Assembly: GCA_041687695.1 (NCBI GenBank)
Contig: JAWLBL010000027.1
Span: 63,021 to 127,020 of the forward strand
Direction: 5' to 3'
DNA from: Myxococcota bacterium
GTDB lineage: Bacteria; Myxococcota_A; UBA9042; PHBI01; JAWLBL01
Length of the DNA stretch: 64,000 nucleotides
Below the pieces are notes generated by a model. The model was not told the origin of the DNA. It worked only from the letters and a program-made list of their open reading frames with translations, and searched no databases. The translations under genes and the position numbers were made by a program. Numbering within the stretch: the first letter of the stretch is position 1; the number at the start of each line of letters is the position of its first letter. This document shows positions 56,688-64,000 of the stretch, piece after piece.

Positions 56688-57360
56688 CCTGGGATCGCCG
56701 GCTTCCAGCCGGCCCTCCACCGCGATCCCCAGCATCGGCCGCCCCTGGGACCGCCGGCTTCCAGCCGGTGTCGCGAGAGCCCAACCGGAGTGCTCCGGCT
56801 TGCCGGAGCCCCGATGCGGCGCAGCTTGCTGCGCCGGGTTGGCGGCCAGATCCCGGCGGCAAGCCGCCGGGTCCGGGGCTCCAGCAAGCTGGAGCACTCC
56901 AAGGCCGCCTTCGGCGGCGTCATCGCGACAGGGCCCTTGCGGCCGGTGTCGCGAGAGCCCCACCGGAGTGCTCCGGCTTGCCGGAGCCCCGATGCGGCGC
57001 AGCTTGCTGCGCCGGGTTGGCGGCCAGATCCCGGCGGCAAGCCGCCGGGTCCGGGGCTCCAGCAAGCTGGAGCACTCCAAGGCCGCCTTCGGCGGCGTCA
57101 TCGCGACAGGGCCCTTGCGGCCGGTGTCGCGAGAGCCCCACCGGAGTGCTCCGGCTTGCCGGAGCCCCGATGCGGCGCAGCTTGCTGCGCCGGGTTGGCG
57201 GCCAGATCCCGGCGGCAAGCCGCCGGGTCCGGGGCTCCAGCAAGCTGGAGCACTCCAAGGCCGCCTTCGGCGGCGTCATCGCGACAGGGCCCTTGCAGCC
57301 GGCCCTCACCGCCATCCCCGGCGCCGGCCGCTCCTGGGTTCGCCGGCTTCCAGCCGGCCC
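56688..57360. repeat. composite REP/REPIN array: three tandem 178-bp units nested in a GGG(A/T)YCGCCGGCTTCCAGCCGG repeat cluster
   Basis: Near-identical units start at 56764, 56942 and 57120. Each carries inverted GGAGTGCTCCGGCTTGCCGGAGC...GCTCCAGCAAGCTGGAGCACTCC plus two inner hairpins. GCCGGCTTCCAGCCGG hairpins lie near 56697, 56753 and 57342. Confidence 0.92.
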
Positions 57361-57367
57361 GCCCTCA

Positions 57368-57534
57368 CCGAAGCCGGCCACGCCGTCCTGCGCGGCCAAG
57401 CCAACCGCCTCGACCTCCTCCCCTTCGACCGCTGGGTCGGCGGCACCCACCTCGACGCCAGCACCGGCCACCTCTGGGTCCGCGAGGCCGACGGCGCGCT
57501 CTGTCGCAGAACGACCGCTCCACCTCAGCACTGA
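57368..57534 (+). pseudogene. possible 3' gene remnant
   Basis: Reads EAGHAVLRGQANRLDLLPFDRWVGGTHLDASTGHLWVREADGAL with strong C-ending codon bias but has no start; begins right at the REP cluster. Confidence 0.3.
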
Positions 57535-57629
57535 CCGCACCAGGACAGGTCCTGGCCCTCCACACGGTTCCATGACAGGGGACCGCGGCGCTCGTATGCT
57601 CCGACAGCCTTCCGACGACAGGTGCGCTC

Positions 57630-58970
57630 GTGGCGAACGACGACTCAGCTTTCCTCAAGGACTTCTACCGCAACTTGCGGGATCGGCCGATCGAACCCGA
57701 CGACCCATGGTACGTGTCGCTCTATGACGATCCGGAGCTCACGCCCGCTGACCCGGTCAGGCGCCTGCGCTTCAACATAGAGACGTCCGACCTCGAGACG
57801 GCGCAGCTGTTCAGCGGCTTTCGCGGGACGGGCAAGAGCACCGAACTGAGGCGGTTGAAGGCCGAGCTGGAGGCCTCCGGGGCCGTCGTCGTGATCTGCG
57901 ACATGCAGGACTACCTCAACCTCCACACACCCGTGGACGTCAGCGACTTCCTCCTTGCCATGGCGGGTGCGTTCGGAGAGAGCCTGAAGGCGGACCCCGA
58001 CATCCTCGGGACCGACCAGCTCAGCGAAGGCTACTTCGAGCGCTTCTGGGCGTTCATGACGCGCACCAAGGTCGACCTGACGGGGCTGGGCGCCTCCGCG
58101 AAGCTCTCAGACGTGGGTGTCGACCTCAAGGCCAACCTCAAGGCCGATCCCACCTTTCGTCAGGTTCTGCAAAAGAGGCTGCAAGGTCATCTCGGCGCCC
58201 TGGTCAGCGATGTCCACGCGTTCTTCCAGGACTGTGTCGAGGCGCTTCAAGCCCGGTATGGCCAGGACGTCCGAGTCGTCCTGCTGCTCGACTCGGTCGA
58301 GAACATCCGTGGAACCGCGCTCAACGCCACCGAGGTCGCAGCTTCCCTCGAGGTGCTGTTCCACCTCCACGCAGAGAAGCTCCGCATCCCCAACCTGCAC
58401 GTCGTCTACACCGTCCCGCCGTGGCTGAAGATCAAGACCCCGGGCCTGGCCGGTCGTTACGACGGCGAGGCTCAGATTCAGTGCGTGAAGGTCCGGCAGC
58501 GTGACGGTTCTCCGTGCCATCAAGGGCTGGCGGTGCTCGAGAGGGTGATCGCTCGAAGGGGGAATTGGCGACGCGTCTTGCCGGACCAAGCCGCACTCGA
58601 TGACATGATCCTGGCCTCGGGTGGCTATCTGCGAGACCTGTTTCGGCTGCTGCAGAGCTTGCTCCGTCTATCGGAGCAATACGGACTCCCGGCGACGCAG
58701 CGCACCATCGAGCTCGCCAAGCACGAGGTCCGAAACAACTACCTGCCCCTGACCCACGCCGATGCGCGCTGGCTCGATCGCATCGAGCGCACCCATTCGG
58801 CCCAGCTCGACGACCACGACCGCCTCCACGATCTCGCTCGCTTCTTCGACAACCACCTGGTGCTCACCTATCGCAACGGGCAGGACTGGTGGTCGGTGCA
58901 CCCGCTGCTGGTCGAGGCCGTGGCTCAACAGATCTCGGACCTGGAGGCCGAGGCGCAGAGGAAGCCTTGA
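57630..58970 (+). CDS. P-loop NTPase (AAA+/STAND-like)
   Basis: Walker A FSGFRGTGKSTEL, Walker B LLLDSVEN, SGGYLRDL, C-terminal LVLTYRNGQDWWSVHPLL. Confidence 0.85.
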   Translation: MANDDSAFLKDFYRNLRDRPIEPDDPWYVSLYDDPELTPADPVRRLRFNIETSDLETAQLFSGFRGTGKSTELRRLKAELEASGAVVVICDMQDYLNLHTPVDVSDFLLAMAGAFGESLKADPDILGTDQLSEGYFERFWAFMTRTKVDLTGLGASAKLSDVGVDLKANLKADPTFRQVLQKRLQGHLGALVSDVHAFFQDCVEALQARYGQDVRVVLLLDSVENIRGTALNATEVAASLEVLFHLHAEKLRIPNLHVVYTVPPWLKIKTPGLAGRYDGEAQIQCVKVRQRDGSPCHQGLAVLERVIARRGNWRRVLPDQAALDDMILASGGYLRDLFRLLQSLLRLSEQYGLPATQRTIELAKHEVRNNYLPLTHADARWLDRIERTHSAQLDDHDRLHDLARFFDNHLVLTYRNGQDWWSVHPLLVEAVAQQISDLEAEAQRKP

Positions 58971-60829
58971 CCTTCGACGCCCCCACTCCCGAGGTCGAGG
59001 CCGTTTGGCGGACGCTTCGGCAGCACGTCGAGTGGGCCGAAGGCTTCTGGCTGGCTTGGATCTTCACGAACTCTCCTACGGTAGCCGGCGAGCTGCAGAC
59101 GCGGCTGGCCGACCTCCTCGCGCACCGCGGCAAGCGCCTTCAGAGCCTCCCCGTCCACGGCGCCGAGTCGGTCGACGAAATCCTCGAGGCGCTACTCACC
59201 GGTGATCCCACGGACGATGGCGCCTGGATCGCGATCGATCGGCAGGACGACGCCTCCAAGGCCGCCTGGGACCGACTGATGATGCGCTTGAACGAGCGAC
59301 GCGAGCGCCTGCGCCGCCACCGCGACGGCGGCGTCATCTTCGTCGCGCCCGTCGCCTTCAAGCCGCGCAGCCGCGACGCGGCCCCCGACATGTGGTCGAT
59401 GCGAGCCTTGGCTCTGGAGGCAGAGGGCGAGCAAGTCTTGCTTCGGCCTGGCACGCTCATGTTGCCCTTCGAACGCAGCGCACCGGACGCCTCGAGCACG
59501 AATCTGGTGCTCGCCGAGCGGGCCCTCGCGCGTTCCCGCGCGCACGGCAACGTAGCGGCCGAGGCGGAAGCTCACTGTCGCATCGCCGAAGCGTATCTCG
59601 AGCGCGGTGAAGCCGGCATCGCCCGGGACCACGCCCTGCAAGCGACCACCCTCGCGCCACCTGGCATGCCCCTCGGCCGGGCCTGTTGGGTACTCGGCCG
59701 GGCCGAGGCCGCGCAAGGCGACTTCATCGCCGCGGAACGCCATCTGGCGGCTGCGATCGTGCAAAGCGATGGCCAGTGCCCGGGCCCATGGTGGCTCGAG
59801 CTGGCGAGGGTCCAAGAGGCGCTCAGGAAGTTCCCTGAAGCGTTCGATTCCGCTGAGCGCGCCGTCACGTCCTCGCGCGACGGCTCCCCGGAACACCTCC
59901 CGGCCGCCCTCGCGCTGCTTGGGAAGATCGCGCAGGCGAACGACAGGTTGGAAGTGGCCGAAGCATCGTACGAGGAGTTGCTGACATTGGAGTCGGCGAA
60001 ACACGAGCTCGCACCCGCAAACGTCCAGTTCACGGGTGATCTCGTCGAAACGATGCTGCACCTGGCGCACACCCGATTGGCCTTGGGCCAGTCGGGAGCC
60101 ACCCTCGACCTCGCCCATCGCGCCCTCGATCGGCTCGCGGCGGCGAGGCCCGGTGCGGCTGCGGACGATGAGAGAATCCAAGGTCTCACCGTCTCGGCCC
60201 GCGCGACCATCGGCGATGCCCTGTTCGACCAGAGCCGAACGACCGAGGCGGTCGAGGCGTATGCCGAAGCCGTTCGATTGGGGTCGACGCTCGAAGCGGC
60301 GAACGCGGCGGTGCCACCTCGCGCCTTGTTCTTCGCCTCGCTCCACAACAACCTCGGCGTTGCCCAGGCGACGCTCGATGAGGTCGAGAGGGCGGAGGAG
60401 CAGTTTCGCTTGGCGGCGACGCTGCTCGAGCCGGTCGCCAGCGAGCACGCTCACGATGCAGAGGCTCAGATCAGGCTCAGTGCGTCGCTCGCAAACCTCG
60501 GGCATGCTCTCGCACAGCAGGGAAAGGCCGACGAGGCGTCCAGAGCGTTCCACCGAGCGCTCGAAGCGAACCGCCGACTGGAGTCGTCACGGCCAAGTGA
60601 TCCCGAGAACTTACGCGACCTGGCCTACACGTCGTATCGGGCCGCGCAGCTCCTGCGAGATCACCAGCCCGCCTCAGACGCCATCGGTCTGCTCGACCAG
60701 GCACAACAGGCGCTGGAGAAGCTCGGTGGCATCAGCGGCCTCACCGAGCGAGACGAGCTGATCCGGCGGCGCATCGACGAGCTGCGCACGGCCCTGTCGC
60801 CTTCGGAGCCCGGCGAGCATCGGGATTGA
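58967..60829 (+). CDS. TPR protein with N-terminal inactive-NTPase-like domain
   Basis: TTG start overlaps the ATPase stop (TTGA); N-terminal alpha/beta region with RLNERRERL and APDMWS but no Walker A; many TPR-like repeats (ASLHNNLG, ASLANLGHAL). Confidence 0.8.
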   Translation: MTFDAPTPEVEAVWRTLRQHVEWAEGFWLAWIFTNSPTVAGELQTRLADLLAHRGKRLQSLPVHGAESVDEILEALLTGDPTDDGAWIAIDRQDDASKAAWDRLMMRLNERRERLRRHRDGGVIFVAPVAFKPRSRDAAPDMWSMRALALEAEGEQVLLRPGTLMLPFERSAPDASSTNLVLAERALARSRAHGNVAAEAEAHCRIAEAYLERGEAGIARDHALQATTLAPPGMPLGRACWVLGRAEAAQGDFIAAERHLAAAIVQSDGQCPGPWWLELARVQEALRKFPEAFDSAERAVTSSRDGSPEHLPAALALLGKIAQANDRLEVAEASYEELLTLESAKHELAPANVQFTGDLVETMLHLAHTRLALGQSGATLDLAHRALDRLAAARPGAAADDERIQGLTVSARATIGDALFDQSRTTEAVEAYAEAVRLGSTLEAANAAVPPRALFFASLHNNLGVAQATLDEVERAEEQFRLAATLLEPVASEHAHDAEAQIRLSASLANLGHALAQQGKADEASRAFHRALEANRRLESSRPSDPENLRDLAYTSYRAAQLLRDHQPASDAIGLLDQAQQALEKLGGISGLTERDELIRRRIDELRTALSPSEPGEHRD

Positions 60830-60955
60830 CCTCCATGCAGGCCGACAGTCGCGTCGCGGGTCGCCTTGCAGACCTCATCCGGCTGTGCAACGGTCGTCGG
60901 CGGTGCCCACGCGCCGTCTCCCCGACAACCTGCACGCCTTCATGAGGTAGAGACC

Positions 60956-61768
60956 ATGAAGAAGATCACGGCGGACGACCTGCGTCCCGGCGTTCTCCCC
61001 GACGTTCCCCTCGCGATGCCCACGGCCGAGTCCCTGCTGGCCGAGGCCGCGTCGATGAGCTCTTTCTCCGAGGTGACCATCCACCCGGCCGATCTGGTCG
61101 CCGACGCCGAGGAGATGCTCGGCGGCGAGGAGGATCTCCCGGACCTGCTCTCGCGCGGCTACCGGGTCAGCGAGGGCGTCTTCGAGCGCATCCGGCTGCT
61201 GATGGGTCTGGTCGCCCCGGCCCAGGCCGAGCTCGGGCGCGTCGACGCCGCGTCGGCCCTCAAGACCAGGCAAGCCGAAGACGCGCGGGTCCGGTTGCTC
61301 GAGATTCGCGGCCAGTTCGCCGCGCTCGGCAAGGCGGCCTCGCTGCCGTCGAGCCTGTTCTCGCGCGAGACCCACCGCTCCAATCGGCTCAACGTCGTGA
61401 TGATGCGGATGGAGGTGGTGCTCGAGAACGTCGGTGTGGTCCGCGACCACCTGCCCGACCAGCAACGCGTCGACGCCCTGGTCATCGAGGCGCGCAAGCT
61501 CATCGACGCCCAGAAGGAGGCCCGCCGCGAAGCGCGTCTCATGCGCGCCACCCGCACCCTGGGCACCCTGGAGCGCGAGCGCATCGAGCGCCTCCTGTTC
61601 GACACCCTCCTCTACGTCTCGGCCCAGGGCCTGGCCGCCTACGCCGACGACCCGACCCGCCACAAGCGCTACAGCCTCGACCACTGCTACGGGAACCGGC
61701 CCAGCCGCGTCGGGGACCCGGGCGGCGGCGGGCCCGCCCCGACCCCTCCGGTCGCCGAGCCCGCGTGA
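60956..61768 (+). CDS. hypothetical alpha-helical protein
   Basis: GAGG RBS, ATG 60956, coding-like codon bias, mostly helical/coiled character, Pro/Gly tail. Confidence 0.7.
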   Translation: MKKITADDLRPGVLPDVPLAMPTAESLLAEAASMSSFSEVTIHPADLVADAEEMLGGEEDLPDLLSRGYRVSEGVFERIRLLMGLVAPAQAELGRVDAASALKTRQAEDARVRLLEIRGQFAALGKAASLPSSLFSRETHRSNRLNVVMMRMEVVLENVGVVRDHLPDQQRVDALVIEARKLIDAQKEARREARLMRATRTLGTLERERIERLLFDTLLYVSAQGLAAYADDPTRHKRYSLDHCYGNRPSRVGDPGGGGPAPTPPVAEPA

Positions 61769-61774
61769 CGCTCC

Positions 61775-61812
61775 CTCCACGGCGCCGCCCCGACGCGGGC
61801 GTCGCCGTGGAG
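61775..61812 (+). terminator. GC-rich hairpin after the hypothetical gene (possible terminator)
   Basis: CTCCACGGCG...CGCCGTGGAG stem a few nt after the stop; no U-tract. Confidence 0.35.
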
Positions 61813-61877
61813 CCCTGCTCGCCGCCCACACCGCCAAGGCCGCAGGTGGGGAAAATTTGGCCACCAGCCCCGCTTTC

Positions 61878-61995
61878 CGGGTCACCACCCCCTGCTGACG
61901 GGGTCACCATCCCCTGCTAACGGGGTCACCACCCACCCCGGCGGGGTCACCACCCATCCCTGACCGGGTCACCATCCCCTCCGGCGGGCTCACCG
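61878..61995. repeat. six 21-22-bp direct repeats with core GGGTCACCA
   Basis: Cores at 61879, 61901, 61923, 61944, 61966 and (degenerate) 61987. Confidence 0.85.
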
Positions 61996-62010
61996 ACGCG
62001 GCTGAGGGGC

Positions 62011-62253
62011 TCGCCGGCTTCCAGAGGTGTCGCGAGAGCCCTCCCGGAGTGCTCCGGCTTGCCGGAGCCCCGATGCGGCGCAGCTTGCTGCGCCGGGTTG
62101 GGCCGCCAGATCCCCAGCGGCAAGCCGCCGGCTCCCGGGCTCCAGCAAGCTGGAGCACTCCAAGGTCGCCTGCGGCGGCGTCATCGCTACAGGGCCCTTG
62201 CAGCCGGCCCTCACCGCCATCCCCGGCGCCGGCCGCTCCTGGGTTCGCCGGCT
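62011..62253. repeat. single diverged copy of the 178-bp REPIN-like unit with the same flank as the 57.1-57.35-kb copy
   Basis: 62026-62253 is a direct repeat of 57123-57348, including the downstream CAGCCGGCCCTCACCGCCATCCCCGGCGCCGGCCGCTCCTGGGTTCGCCGGCT. Confidence 0.92.
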
Positions 62254-62397
62254 CTCAGAGGCTGTCGCGATGGGTCGATTCGCGCCGGGGCGCGGCCGAT
62301 TCACCGCGGCGCTCGCTCGACCGGCGGGTGCCTACCTTCCCGGTGTCACTCCCGAGGCCTGTCGCGCACCCGCTCGACCCGACAGGAGGACCGTCCG

Positions 62398-62916
62398 ATG
62401 GCTCACCACACGCATCGCTCCCCAAACTGGAAGCTCGGCGCCGGCCTCGGCGTCGTCGCCGGCGTCATCTTCGCCGTGATGGAGATCGCTGGCGCGGCCC
62501 TGATGGGCGACCCGCCCCTGATGCCCTTGCGCATGTTCGCCAGCATCGTCCTGGGCCAGGAGGCCCTGATGGGGACCTCGGCCGGGGTCGCCTTCGTGGT
62601 GGGCCTCATCATCCACCTCATCCTCTCGGCCAGCTTCGGACTCATCTACGGCGCCATCGCCGCGCGGCTCGATCCCGACACCCAGGCCAGCTACGGCAAG
62701 CAGGCGGGGCTCGGGCTCGTCTTCGGCGCGGCCCTGTGGCTGGTGAACTTCCAGATCATCGCGCGCGTGATCTACCCCTGGTTTTTGGGCGCCCCGCAGA
62801 TGGTGCAGCTGGTGATGCACGCGCTGTTCTTCGGCCTGCCCCTGGGCCTGATGTTCGCGGCCGCCGCGCACCGCGCCGGTGAACCGATGGGCGTCCGGCG
62901 CCCCACGACGGCTTGA
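62398..62916 (+). CDS. 4-TM membrane protein with conserved His (paralog of 53840..54346)
   Basis: AGGAGG RBS; PLRMFASIVLGQ, HLILSASFGLIYG, GAALWLVNF, YPWFL, HALFFGLPLG. Confidence 0.82.
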   Translation: MAHHTHRSPNWKLGAGLGVVAGVIFAVMEIAGAALMGDPPLMPLRMFASIVLGQEALMGTSAGVAFVVGLIIHLILSASFGLIYGAIAARLDPDTQASYGKQAGLGLVFGAALWLVNFQIIARVIYPWFLGAPQMVQLVMHALFFGLPLGLMFAAAAHRAGEPMGVRRPTTA

Positions 62917-63143
62917 GCCCCGCCGGGCCCGCCTCGGGGACCCCAGGCTCCCCCGAGGCGGCCCGCGCCCCGAACGCTACTCGGCGGCCGGCGGGGCCCT
63001 CCTCCCCTCCCCCCGCGGCCGGCCCACCGGTCAGCCCCCACGCCACCGCACCTCGTCGTGGACGAGGGGTTCGACCCGAGCGAGCGCGGAGCAGTGCGCC
63101 CGTTCGCCTGGCCACCCCACACCTCCAGCTCACCGAGGACCGG

Positions 63144-63803
63144 TCACCCGCTGGCTCCTGGGGAGTGGATCAGCAGCCGGCCGGGCCACGGACGGGTGAA
63201 GTCGAGCGCGTCGCGGAGGTAGCTGGCCGGCGGGCGAAAGTCATGCAGATGGGGCGCGCACAGCAGCAGCCGATCGCCGGGCTCGGTCGACCAGCGCTCG
63301 ACCTCGGCGCGATGATCCGGCCCGCCCAGGATGCGCACGACCACGCGCTCGGCCGCGCCCCCAGCCCCTGGTACGACGCCGAGCGCACGCCCGAGCGTGT
63401 GTTCGCGGGTGTGGGCCAGCGGCTGATCACCGCGCAGCAGGTGGCCGCGGACGTCACCGACCCAGGCGATGACCAGCTGGTTCGCTCGCCAGCGGATGGC
63501 GGCCGCCGCGAGCAATCGCTCCTCGACCGCCACGTCGTGGATCAGCGCGAGCGCGGACTCGGGCTCCCCGAGCCTGTGGCCCGCGAGCGCGGCGTCGAGC
63601 CACGCGGCGGTCGCGCTCATGCCCGGCGGCACCGGACCGGACGCGAACACGAGCCCGAGTCCGTCGTCGTCCAGGTGCTCGAGCCGGACGCCATCCTCCT
63701 CGCGCAGCTGCTCGCGCAGCAGGAACACCATCAGCTCCCCCTCCGAGCGGCTCACGCCGGCGCCGGTCGCCTCGGCCTCGCTGTCCACACCGACGACCTC
63801 CAT
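63144..63803 (-). CDS. degenerate PP2C/PPM-like protein
   Basis: IAWVGDVRGHLLRG, HTREHTL and EPGDRLLLC resemble PPM motifs, but the DG metal-binding motifs are missing; start uncertain. Confidence 0.45.
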   Translation of the reverse strand: MEVVGVDSEAEATGAGVSRSEGELMVFLLREQLREEDGVRLEHLDDDGLGLVFASGPVPPGMSATAAWLDAALAGHRLGEPESALALIHDVAVEERLLAAAAIRWRANQLVIAWVGDVRGHLLRGDQPLAHTREHTLGRALGVVPGAGGAAERVVVRILGGPDHRAEVERWSTEPGDRLLLCAPHLHDFRPPASYLRDALDFTRPWPGRLLIHSPGASG

Positions 63804-64000
63804 GGCGGCGTCGACGGCAACCCCGTCACCCACAGCGACTTCGACTGCGTGCCCACATGCTGGGACCGTATCGTGGCCCTCGAGTAGCGACAACCAGGTC
63901 GGACTAGGAGCCTGTAGCGAATAGATTTCGCAGTCGATCCGGGCGATTAGCGATCGACGTGCCGACCGTACCGTGATCTACTCGGGGGCATGGGTGCAAG

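Noticed and set aside
56648..57575. ORFs over the 178-bp repeats (and over 61904-62304)
   Set aside because: The 178-bp period is not a multiple of three and the same peptides appear in rotating frames, as expected for non-coding repeats.

Overview
Very GC-rich bacterial chromosome segment. The gene content (eukaryote-type Ser/Thr kinase, FHA proteins, PP2C-cNMP fusion, CDDGN cysteine-repeat lipoprotein, long MlaD, PlsB-type acyltransferase) suggests a Myxococcota/deltaproteobacterial lineage (inference). About 52 likely CDS are present. Most are housekeeping or envelope genes: dnaJ, a second fusA, hutU, miaB, mlaE/mlaD/mlaC with a TolC-like gene, thiS-thiG-thiE, purM-purN, plsB-gpsA plus a HAD phosphatase, an acyl-CoA synthetase, an M3 peptidase, ada/ogt, a CNNM/CorC protein, slt and a GH15. 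I recognised no rRNA, tRNA, cas gene, integrase or transposase. The non-coding DNA is unusually structured. (i) A ~1 kb element (22525-23528) is bounded by ~133-bp imperfect inverted repeats and encloses nine 59-71-bp units built from two alternating 16-bp CCCGGG-centred palindromes. (ii) Several REP/REPIN-like arrays share a GGA(G/C)TGC-hairpin grammar (23.6-24.0, 46.9-47.25, 56.7-57.35 and 62.0-62.25 kb). (iii) A 21-22-bp iteron-like array lies at 61.9 kb. Direct copies of the REPIN-like repeat bracket a three-gene cassette: a P-loop ATPase translationally coupled to an inactive-NTPase-like/TPR protein (both with atypical codon usage), plus an unknown helical protein. This is the best candidate for an uncharacterised conflict/defence module. 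Other oddities: a eukaryote-like CPT/EPT phosphotransferase together with a PlsB-GpsA-phosphatidate-phosphatase-like operon (possible Kennedy-type lipid pathway), an FHA-fused CpaF with degenerate catalytic motifs, an orphan contractile-tail tube gene, thiS and thiG separated by a single in-frame TAG, and a stand-alone NB-ARC/TPR protein. All calls come from motif recognition by eye; no database searches were run.
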